DNA from: a virus
Lineage: Duplodnaviria; Caudoviricetes
Strand: one strand, 5' to 3'
IMG/VR virus record: IMGVR_UViG_3300035703_000078
Coordinates: 4,288 to 68,287 of that record
DNA length: 64,000 bases
The notes below the pieces were generated by a model, which was not told where the DNA came from, ran no database searches, and saw only the letters and a program-made list of their open reading frames with translations. Made by a program: the position numbers and the translations under genes. Below are positions 8,743-16,700 of the stretch, in pieces (the first letter of the stretch is position 1; each line of letters opens with the position of its first letter).

Positions 8743-8922
8743 TCAGTGCGGATACCCAAACTTGCGAAGACAAGTGAGAACCAACGCCATGATTACTGGC
8801 ATTGCCACCAAGCAAGTGGGAATGACAAGAAACGGTTCGTTTGTCACAGCAAGGGTGACAAGAAGGAACCCCGTCAAGAATGCCGATAAGTACGCTATCG
8901 GCCAGCACACCTGGTACTTCAT
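8743..8922 (-). CDS. small two-TM membrane protein, 59 aa
   Basis: GAGG SD; MKYQVCWPIAYLSAFLTGFLLVTLAVTNEPFLVIPTCLVAMPVIMALVLTCLRKFGYPH. Confidence 0.6.
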   Translation of the reverse strand: MKYQVCWPIAYLSAFLTGFLLVTLAVTNEPFLVIPTCLVAMPVIMALVLTCLRKFGYPH

Positions 8923-8944
8923 TTTTGACCTCTCTTTGGAAAGA

Positions 8945-9190
8945 AATGAGGTTTTAACTAGGTTATCCTCTACCTAGGCCAATAATCCAAACCGTAAGTA
9001 CTTGCCTGTGACATAGGCTTTCCGTAGCTGTATTCCCTGCAAGGCAATACAGCGGTTATTATGTGTGTCCCCCTATTTATATACCGCCTAGGGGAGGTTG
9101 CTTGCGGTTCTATGGTGGTTGCAGCCACCGTTATACCCCGTTTGGGGTATTAGAAATCGCCACCCGTAGGTTTCCCCAGGGGTGGGAGGA
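8945..9190 (-). ncRNA. second structured non-coding block (hairpins plus two pseudoknots)
   Basis: Stem/loop-tail complementarity at 8948-8977 and 9068-9108; hairpins at 9027-9053, 9113-9129 and 9133-9150. Confidence 0.4.
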
Positions 9191-9197
9191 TCTGGAT

Positions 9198-9464
9198 TTA
9201 CTGTCCCAGTTCAGCCAGTTGGTTCTGGATTACCGTCGCCTTGGCCACAGCTGCGGAGATTGTGGCCTCCGTAGCCTTGGGATTCAAGATGACTCCTCCA
9301 ACCAAGCCGTTGAGCTTGAGCTTGAGCCTGTCCTGTTCCGACAGGGCCTCGCGCCGGGCTTGGCGAGCTTCCGCCTTGGCGAAGTGCTCGCTCACGTTGG
9401 TGGTGATTCCGAGGGAAGCCAGAGCTTCCTGTCGGCTCTTCAACTCTGCATCAGACAAAGGCAT
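9198..9464 (-). CDS. hypothetical helical protein, 88 aa
   Basis: AAGGAGG SD before ATG 9464 (MPLSDAELK); first gene after the N4-like hairpin. Confidence 0.75.
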   Translation of the reverse strand: MPLSDAELKSRQEALASLGITTNVSEHFAKAEARQARREALSEQDRLKLKLNGLVGGVILNPKATEATISAAVAKATVIQNQLAELGQ

Positions 9465-9549
9465 GAATGCCTCCTTGTATTGGGGATGGTTAGGGGTATG
9501 CAACAAGCACAACCAAAGCCAACCCCGACAATGAAAACTTCCGTTTTCA

Positions 9550-9569
9550 CCCACGACACACGAAGTGTG
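9550..9569 (-). promoter_or_regulatory. N4 vRNAP-type hairpin promoter candidate
   Basis: Template (+) strand reads CC-ACGA-CACAC-GAA-GTGTG: CC, 4-nt spacer, 5-bp stem, C(GAA)G triloop. Confidence 0.5.
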
Positions 9570-9594
9570 GCGCGAGCTTTAGGGTATTCGTGGG

Positions 9595-9860
9595 AAAAAA
9601 GCAGGTACACCCAGGTTCATGGGTAAATTTCGGTAAATCCCATTAGAAGCCAGGTAGATTTGGGGCTACCGCAGGGCCTTTTAGGTATTCCGTGGCTTCC
9701 TAGGGCATCCTAGGCCCCTTAGCGTAGGCCCAGGTACTCAGGCTACCCACCATCTAGGTACAAACCGTAGGCCCCCTACTGTAGAACTAGTTAACATCTA
9801 GGTACTACTTGGGGTACTGGTAGGTACGGATGGGTAGGTACAGGTTACCAGGGGGTAATA
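9595..9860. repeat. non-coding tract of short AGGTAC/TAGG repeats
   Basis: Multiple (C/T)AGGTA(C) and TAGGCCC units, strand-skewed, no ORF. Confidence 0.5.
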
Positions 9861-9866
9861 ATAACC

Positions 9867-9900
9867 AAATAGAAAACCCCCCAGGTATTACCTAGGGGGT
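9867..9900 (-). terminator. intrinsic terminator (CCTAGG family)
   Basis: CCCCCCAGGT-ATT-ACCTAGGGGG stem; TTTTCTATTT follows on the minus strand. Confidence 0.75.
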
Positions 9901-9915
9901 AGGGAGAACGGAACA

Positions 9916-10440
9916 TCAGACCAGAACAGTGAATTCTGGCATGCGATGACCGTTCTTGGAGGGAACGATGCGGTGAGCCGGGTACTCCAGTTCCACGGCA
10001 CGCTTGTTCCATGCCGCTGACCAGTAGGCTTCTGCTTCTGCGGGAGTCTGACCCCATTCTCGCAGGCAGGCAGTCAGGTTCCGTTCCCGGCACGGAGCCA
10101 GAAAGAACCTCGACCGAAGCACCAACCTGCCTTCGGCCATCCAGGGAGGAGTGGACCCGCTAGGGTCACGGCTGATGGTAACCCCATTGCTGAGGTACAC
10201 CCAACCGTCCAGATCCGCTCCGTAGCGGGTCTGCATCTCCTGGTGGATCTTGACACCGAACCCCATCTGGATAATGTCCAGGTGGGTGAACTTCGTGCGG
10301 TGTCCACGCACGTCCACGCGCCAGCTGGTGGAGTTGGTCCACACCCGATAGGCGTGTTCCCCCGTGCTGAAGAACATGGGGGCGGAACCCTTGGTAGGGA
10401 CGAACTCGACTGAGCCAAGCACAAACTGTGAAGTTGTCAT
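9916..10440 (-). CDS. hypothetical early protein, 174 aa
   Basis: GGAG SD before ATG 10440 (MTTSQF); GC-rich codon usage. Confidence 0.75.
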   Translation of the reverse strand: MTTSQFVLGSVEFVPTKGSAPMFFSTGEHAYRVWTNSTSWRVDVRGHRTKFTHLDIIQMGFGVKIHQEMQTRYGADLDGWVYLSNGVTISRDPSGSTPPWMAEGRLVLRSRFFLAPCRERNLTACLREWGQTPAEAEAYWSAAWNKRAVELEYPAHRIVPSKNGHRMPEFTVLV

Positions 10441-10497
10441 ATGACATCTCCATATACTAGGTTTAAGGTTATTGGGATACAAACCTAGATAAACTTT

Positions 10498-10536
10498 CCC
10501 ATAAGAAATCCCCCCTAGGGATTACCTAGGGGGGAA
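10498..10536 (-). terminator. intrinsic terminator (CCTAGG family) after the mini-RNAP gene
   Basis: TCCCCCCTAGG-GATTA-CCTAGGGGGGA stem, then TTTCTTATGGG. Confidence 0.8.
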
Positions 10537-10549
10537 GTTGCGGGTAGTA

Positions 10550-12427
10550 TCAGCGGAAGATGTTCTTGGCAGCAGAAACAAACTGCTCTTCCGTCACGTC
10601 CTCAGTGATGTTGGGGAACAACTTTCCCAACTCTTCCTGAAGGACCTGACGGTAGTTGCCAACACACTCGCGGTACATATGACGAGTGTACACTTCCTGC
10701 ACCGTCCTCAAGGCTGGACCAATGCGAACAGTGATCGCATCGTGCCGCGTGGTCGCCACCTGTCCATCCATCTCGTTGATGGTGTTAGTCAGGACATTGC
10801 CATCCTGACAAGTGGTAACTGCAACCAAGGACCCGTTCGGGGTATCAACCCGATTGGGTTCTCCGCTGTCTGACCACGGCACAACAGGCCCGTTGTCATC
10901 AGTGAAGCCCTTGGTGAACGGAGCCATACGCGGCTGGAAGCGCGTAGGCCATCCGTTCTTCTTGCACAGATCCAGCACCGAATGAGGCAGGGACACGGAG
11001 ATCTGAGGCAGATCCCGCATCTTGGTAGCCTCATCAACCGGGAACCATGAGAGCGCGGGTGCGATCTTGAAGTGAGGGAACGTAATCCCACCGTAGGTGT
11101 ATGAGAACACCTCCTCCTTCGCCTTCTGGTGAGCCAACCACAGGTCACCAAACTTGAACAGCTTGCTGTCGTAGCGAAGGGCCGCGTTCACCGACATGGC
11201 AGAAACAGATGCTGCCAGTTCCTTGATCTTGGACTGGGGCCAGTCCTTGATCAGCTCCAGACCAGAGCGGAGCTTGTCAACCTTGATCACAGCATTTGCA
11301 AGGTTGAACGGAGCGAGGACAGAACCATCCTCGTCCTCCAGCTCTCCGCCCATCCCGTAGAGGAACACCTGGCCCAACACACGCCCGGTGTAGTTCGTCA
11401 CGGTAAGGACATTCTTAGCCCACTCGCGTGAACGAACAAACGACTCAACCTCTGACGGCACGATGCCAAGGCACTCCGTAATGCCTTCGTAGACCTTCCG
11501 ACCCATCATAACATCCCGACAGGTGCGGCTCCCACCGATGGCCAAGGAGGTAGCCACCGGACCCTGTGCATGGGCATCATATCCAATATGCCCATGAGAC
11601 ACGCCGGAAGCAACAGCGTCACTGATGTGGTAGCAGTTTTGGATGAACCGCAGCACGTTACGCTTCTTGCTTCCAACTGACTTCAGCTTGCCGATTGGGT
11701 TGGAAAACAAACCCAGAGCAAACTCGCGGTCAGTTGCCACGCGGAACATCTCTTCCCGCGTGACACCGTACTCCTTCTCGACCAGGGTAGACCACAGCTC
11801 AATGTCTTCCTTGGTGACAGGGTTGCCTTCTGCTAGCTGATAGAGAGCGCACACATCTCCATCGTACATCGTGGGCAGAACCAGACCGTCGCGGTTGTAC
11901 GCATAGAAGCGACCGCCACGACGATCTGACGAGTGCCAGAACTTGATCTCGCTTCCCGAAGGAAGCTTGGCCAGGTTCTCGATCTGCCACTTGGCAAGGT
12001 ACTCCATCAGGAACACAGGTTCAATCACGGTGTTTGAACGACCGTTGTGAACCACCTCATAGGGCTTCTTGCCCAGCAGACAGGCAGCATCAATGGCCAG
12101 GTTGAACATGCGCTCATCGCGCACCCAGGTAACCTTGTCCATTGCGGCCATGCCACTTGCGTGGCTAGACCAGCTGCGACACTCAGGCATGAGCTTCAGG
12201 ATGTCCTCAGCCTGCCGCCGAAGCGTCCAAGCCTTGAACACCTGAGATCCACCGCGAACAACCTCGCAGTGCATCTTGTAAGCTCCCGTTGACAGCATCT
12301 TACCAATGATGCCGCCAACAACTGAGAACGATGCCGGGTCGATCCCCGCAAGGACCGCATCCGGCTGAATGAGTGTCACCAGGTCGTGAACAGTGTACTC
12401 ACCCTTACCCAAGAATGGAATGTTCAT
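10550..12427 (-). CDS. divergent, N-terminally truncated T7-family RNA polymerase (625 aa)
   Basis: D168-RRGGRFY, motif A GYD284AHAQG, motif B R334EWAK338NVLTVTNY346, TTCQDGNVL, motif C RH562D563AIT, all in T7 order; GAGG SD. Confidence 0.85.
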   Translation of the reverse strand: MNIPFLGKGEYTVHDLVTLIQPDAVLAGIDPASFSVVGGIIGKMLSTGAYKMHCEVVRGGSQVFKAWTLRRQAEDILKLMPECRSWSSHASGMAAMDKVTWVRDERMFNLAIDAACLLGKKPYEVVHNGRSNTVIEPVFLMEYLAKWQIENLAKLPSGSEIKFWHSSDRRGGRFYAYNRDGLVLPTMYDGDVCALYQLAEGNPVTKEDIELWSTLVEKEYGVTREEMFRVATDREFALGLFSNPIGKLKSVGSKKRNVLRFIQNCYHISDAVASGVSHGHIGYDAHAQGPVATSLAIGGSRTCRDVMMGRKVYEGITECLGIVPSEVESFVRSREWAKNVLTVTNYTGRVLGQVFLYGMGGELEDEDGSVLAPFNLANAVIKVDKLRSGLELIKDWPQSKIKELAASVSAMSVNAALRYDSKLFKFGDLWLAHQKAKEEVFSYTYGGITFPHFKIAPALSWFPVDEATKMRDLPQISVSLPHSVLDLCKKNGWPTRFQPRMAPFTKGFTDDNGPVVPWSDSGEPNRVDTPNGSLVAVTTCQDGNVLTNTINEMDGQVATTRHDAITVRIGPALRTVQEVYTRHMYRECVGNYRQVLQEELGKLFPNITEDVTEEQFVSAAKNIFR

Positions 12428-12481
12428 TGGGTGGTTTCCTCTCTATAAGAAGGAGTTAGGGCTTGACTTATATAGCTCTAG

Positions 12482-12515
12482 CCATGAGCTTGCCCAACAG
12501 TTGGGCTTGGGTTAC
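12482..12515 (-). promoter_or_regulatory. hairpin promoter-like element upstream of the mini-RNAP gene
   Basis: CCATGAGCTT-GCCCAA-CAG-TTGGGC-TTGGGTTA aligns without gaps to 13020-13052. Confidence 0.45.
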
Positions 12516-12520
12516 ATTTA

Positions 12521-12560
12521 ACCCATAAAGAAATCCCCCTAGGTTTTATCCTAGGGGGAA
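12521..12560 (-). terminator. 40-bp terminator repeat, copy 1
   Basis: ACCCATAAAGAAATCCCCCTAGGTTTTATCCTAGGGGGAA, identical to 13269-13308. Confidence 0.85.
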
Positions 12561-12579
12561 AGAGGAGGATTCAATCGCC

Positions 12580-12993
12580 TTAAATCTCGTTAAAGATTCG
12601 GCGATAATTGCCAGTACCTCCGCCGGTGTCGTAGAGCGTAACGCTCCAAACCTCTTCGTAGGTTGGGGCACGCTGACCCAGGTAGTCGCAAATCAAGGAA
12701 TTTCCGTTAACCGACCTAAACTCAAATCGCGACATTGTGCCACGCTTGTAGTAAAGGACATTGTGAAGCCAGTCAACAGAGTTCTCTTGATTGTAGGACT
12801 CAAGAAGAGCGGGAACTTCTTCCGTCAAGGGACCTTCCACGCCAGGACGCGGGAAAACTTCGCGTCCGCCAAATGAGGAAAAGGAGACAGGACACAAACA
12901 TTCTGTTCCCTTAGTGTCCCAAATCTGGTCGGTAAATGCATGCCCAATAGCACACACCGCCTCCCAGCGAACAAGCTTGGTGCTGATCTTCAT
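12580..12993 (-). CDS. hypothetical early protein
   Basis: AGAAAGGT SD lies within the upstream 50-bp repeat. Confidence 0.75.
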   Translation of the reverse strand: MKISTKLVRWEAVCAIGHAFTDQIWDTKGTECLCPVSFSSFGGREVFPRPGVEGPLTEEVPALLESYNQENSVDWLHNVLYYKRGTMSRFEFRSVNGNSLICDYLGQRAPTYEEVWSVTLYDTGGGTGNYRRIFNEI

Positions 12994-12999
12994 ACCACT

Positions 13000-13057
13000 A
13001 ACCTTTCTGGTCCATAGGACCTAGAGTTCACTGAGCCCCAGTGATAGGGTTAGGTAG
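13000..13057 (-). repeat. 50-bp promoter/RBS repeat, copy 2
   Basis: 13000-13049 identical to 13568-13617; contains hairpins GGTCC-ATA-GGACC and TCACTG-AGCCC-CAGTGA plus the SD. Confidence 0.9.
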
Positions 13058-13065
13058 TAAGTCTA

Positions 13066-13101
13066 CCCATAAAAAAATCCCCCAGGGATTAACCTGGGGG
13101 A
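13066..13101 (-). terminator. intrinsic terminator (CCTAGG-family variant)
   Basis: TCCCCCAGG-GATTAA-CCTGGGGGA stem, then a T7 run and ATGGG on the minus strand. Confidence 0.8.
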
Positions 13102-13106
13102 CTTGG

Positions 13107-13244
13107 TCACCACGGGTTGCCAATGATGGCCAGGGGCTGATGCTCTTTAATGAGCTTAGCCTTTGCTGCATCTTGGCTATTCGCCGTGATGGTCACAGTA
13201 ACTTCGTTACCGTGACGATCCACAATCCTGAAGTTATACTTCAT
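13107..13244 (-). CDS. small early protein, 45 aa
   Basis: AAAGGAG SD; MKYNFRIVDRHGNEVTVTITANSQDAAKAKLIKEHQPLAIIGNPW. Confidence 0.7.
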   Translation of the reverse strand: MKYNFRIVDRHGNEVTVTITANSQDAAKAKLIKEHQPLAIIGNPW

Positions 13245-13268
13245 GTGGAATCTCCTTTCTGGGTATAT

Positions 13269-13308
13269 ACCCATAAAGAAATCCCCCTAGGTTTTATCCT
13301 AGGGGGAA
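13269..13308 (-). terminator. 40-bp terminator repeat, copy 2
   Basis: Identical to 12521-12560. Confidence 0.85.
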
Positions 13309-13321
13309 TGTGGTTCAGTAC

Positions 13322-13561
13322 TCAGCTGTTGTTCTTAACAACTGTCAGAGTGACTGAAAGGTCATCCTCGCTACGCCACGCATAAGCAACAAGGACGCCG
13401 TCACCAAGCTCATTGCACTCCCACAGCTCCCAGTTGCGATCCGAACAGGTGTATGCTGCGTTAAACAGCCACTGAAGAGCTTCGTACCAGTTCTTTGTCT
13501 TGAGCGGGCGGTATTCCCACTCCTGTCCGTGGATGTAAGTGAATCGAGTTTGATTTGCCAC
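13322..13561 (-). CDS. hypothetical early protein (probable first gene)
   Basis: GTG start with AGAAAGGT SD in repeat copy 1. Confidence 0.7.
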   Translation of the reverse strand: MANQTRFTYIHGQEWEYRPLKTKNWYEALQWLFNAAYTCSDRNWELWECNELGDGVLVAYAWRSEDDLSVTLTVVKNNS

Positions 13562-13567
13562 AGTACA

Positions 13568-13625
13568 AACCTTTCTGGTCCATAGGACCTAGAGTTCACT
13601 GAGCCCCAGTGATAGGGATAGGTAG
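13568..13625 (-). repeat. 50-bp promoter/RBS repeat, copy 1
   Basis: Identical to 13000-13049, plus shared TAGGTAG. Confidence 0.9.
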
Positions 13626-13639
13626 GGAATCTACCTGGG

Positions 13640-13675
13640 AAAAAAACAACCAGAGAATTATTAGTTCTCTGGTTG
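13640..13675 (-). terminator. intrinsic terminator between late and early regions
   Basis: CAACCAGAGAA...TTCTCTGGTTG stem followed by a T run on the minus strand. Confidence 0.8.
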
Positions 13676-13764
13676 CTTTGTTTGATTGGGGGGGGGATAG
13701 AGGGGGATATCCACCCTCTAATTCCTTACATAACCCCTCAGAAATTTCTGACCCCTAAGTCGAT

Positions 13765-16700
13765 TTACTTCAGTGAGTCTGGAGCTTTAATTGGTGTTGT
13801 TGCTTCTTTTTGTAGAGATGAACTTGTGCTTGGCTTAGGTCCAACCATGACTTCGCTGGTAGAGGTTGTTTCTACTGGCTTCTCTGGTACTGGAGTTTCT
13901 GGAGCTGTTAGACCTAGGTTTGGCATTTGTTTCTTTTTAAACTGATGCATGTATTGCTGAAGTTTATTATTCATTTCAGTTTGATACAATGACTTAAGTA
14001 TAGCCTGTGCTATATTGTTTGGCGTAGGTAGTTGCATGTTTTCGTATTCAGCATAAGCTGTAGCAAATGCTGTATTCATTGGTCTACCTTCGCTATTGCG
14101 TCTTCCAGAATCAAAGGAACCCATTGTTTGTTTCTTTGCTTCTGTAGCTAGGCCCTGATTAATTAAAGTTTTAAACCAAGCTTGATTTAGAATTGGTAGT
14201 AAATATAATCCACCATTGTAAGCTGACTTAATTCTTTCTTCATCTGACTGTGCATTGATAAAGGTATTGGTATTGGTTGCTAGGTTCTTTAGTAATCGTA
14301 CCATAGCAGTAACACCTAGCGGTGCAATCTCTGGTTCTAATCCCTTGTTACCAGCAACTGTATCTGCCAAGAACAAGGAAGTATCCAACAAGAAGTTGCC
14401 CTGTAAAGTAAACATGGGGTTTCTTACTGCTGCTTTAGCAATAAGTTTAATTGTCTTTTCAGATGGTTCACCCCTTAGTAATCTTTCAATTTCGTCCCCA
14501 GCAAGGAACCCGCTGGCTGCTGCAAGCATAGTTTGATACATGATATCGGTAATGGTGTATACCAACATGAGTCCAGCCATCTTTGATGTAGACATTCTGG
14601 CACTGTTTCGTAGTAACATCTGACCAGCAAATAGAATTGAATATGATCTATACAAGCTTAAGAACTTGCTTAATGGGGAGTCATCTGTTACACCATCAAA
14701 AGCTGAAGAAGATATTAATGACTGTTTAACTGCCAAGTCTTGGAACTTTTCAATAGCTCCTACAGCTTGTATTAGCATTTGTTTATTTACGGTAACACCA
14801 TCTACATTAACGCTAAAGTCTTTATCAAGATCTAGGATTTTGTCCATATACTGAGAAATACTAATTGGTCCTGATTGCTTTAAGAACTTAAGGCTTTCGA
14901 TAACCCCAACCTCAAACATACCAGCAGCTTTCATTCGTAGGATTGTTTCAGGTGAAGATAGCTTTCTAAAACCGTTGTTCTTTAGCTTCTTCATCAGAGT
15001 TACATATCCTCTATAGTTACCAGATTCCAATTCACCATCAATAAGCATACGTCTTACTTCTTCTAGGTTGTTAGTATTTAGTTGTCTATTGAGTTGTACT
15101 AATGCAGTTTTAGCCAAAGCTGTTCTTGCAGAGATAGATGTTGACATATTTAGTGCTTGGTTAAAGCTTAAGAATCTACTAGCCAGTCTTCCGGTTTTTC
15201 TAGTAAAGTCTACTTCACCATATAACTTTTCCCATGACTCAACAAAGTTACTGTTAGTATCCCAGAGTATTTCTGCAAAGTCGGCAAAGTCACCACGAAC
15301 CTGGGTTTGTTTCCATCCATCACTAAATGCACCAAAGCTTAATCTAAGTACATCTCCAATGTATCTGCCATAGAAACCAAGTACACCACCAGCACCGCCC
15401 AGCATCATAGCACCAACAGCTGCTGCTGAAGAGTCTACAAGAATACCAGCGGCAATCTGGTTACCACCCCAGATTAGGTGGGCAGCTTGTGTTGTAAACT
15501 TAATTGCATTCTTACCAATGGCATCACCAGATACGGCAGAACGCATGTTCCACATATACTGATACTTGTGCTCCAATACTGTTAAGGCATCACTAAGTAA
15601 CTTGACTTCTGCTTGTGATAGGGGTTTAGCTCTTACGCCTTGTTCGGTTCTTTCAAACTGACCCTGTGATATATGAGATCCAGTTGGTCTATTGGCTCCA
15701 TCAACATATGCCTTTAGAATCCTAATTAGTTTAAGAACATCATACCCCTGTACCCCAGTCATCTTGTAAATCAATGAACTTGATACAGCTTGCTGACCTA
15801 GGCCAGATCCAATTGATTTAATAATAGATCTTATGTCTCTGGAGAAGCCACTACGGATAGATCTCATTTCTTCTACGCCTAGTACTTCAGTAAAGTTATC
15901 ACCAAAGATATCATCTACTGTTAGGTTAATGTCATCCTTATAAGTAATAGCAGCAGAAGAACCAATAGTATTTAAGAAGTCTATTGCTAGTAGTTCTGGA
16001 ATTGTATTTGTAGATGCACTAAAGATATTTCTTTCTTCTTTGATCTTAATTGGGAATCTCTCAGAACGCATAGCTTGAAGCTTTGCTTTCATATTAGGTG
16101 GATTGCCAATATCAGAAGTAATGGTATTCTTTATTGCATTCTGGATTATCTTTACCTGTTCTGGGGTAATACCGGAAGAATGGGCTGTAAGCAATCCAGT
16201 TACAGTAGCTGTTCTACTGGTGCTTGCTTCTAGTAAAGCCTTGTAGCCTTTCTTTAAATCTTTCAATGCAACCGAGTTTCCAACAGTTGCACCCGATCTA
16301 ATCAGATCCTTTTTAGTTGCTAGATCAACAGATCCTTCTTTAACTTGAGCAGCATAAGAAAGAATAGAGTTAAATATAATAGCCTCTACTGAATTTGGAT
16401 TAGTAGATCCACTTGCGTTTCTTTCAATAAAACTAATAAACTCTTGTTCTGAAGACATGTCTGATGAGTTAGATGTCTTAAGTGTTGGTAACCCGGAAGT
16501 CAACATAAATGTAACCGGATGTACTCTATCAAGATCTTGTAACTGTGAAAGTTGTTTTGCTCTGATTAAAGAAGATACAGATTGAATAAACTGCGTTCTT
16601 CTTGTTTGATAACCAGCTTTATTCTTTTCTTCTCTAAACTGATCAATATCTAACTTAAATGCAAGGTAGCTATCATGGAATGGTCTTGATCTATCTTTTA

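Noticed and set aside
12521-13625. CRISPR array or integron attC array from the 40-bp and 50-bp repeats
   Set aside because: Only two exact copies of each, separated by whole ORFs; they have terminator or RBS features; no cas or integrase gene and no attC core sites recognised
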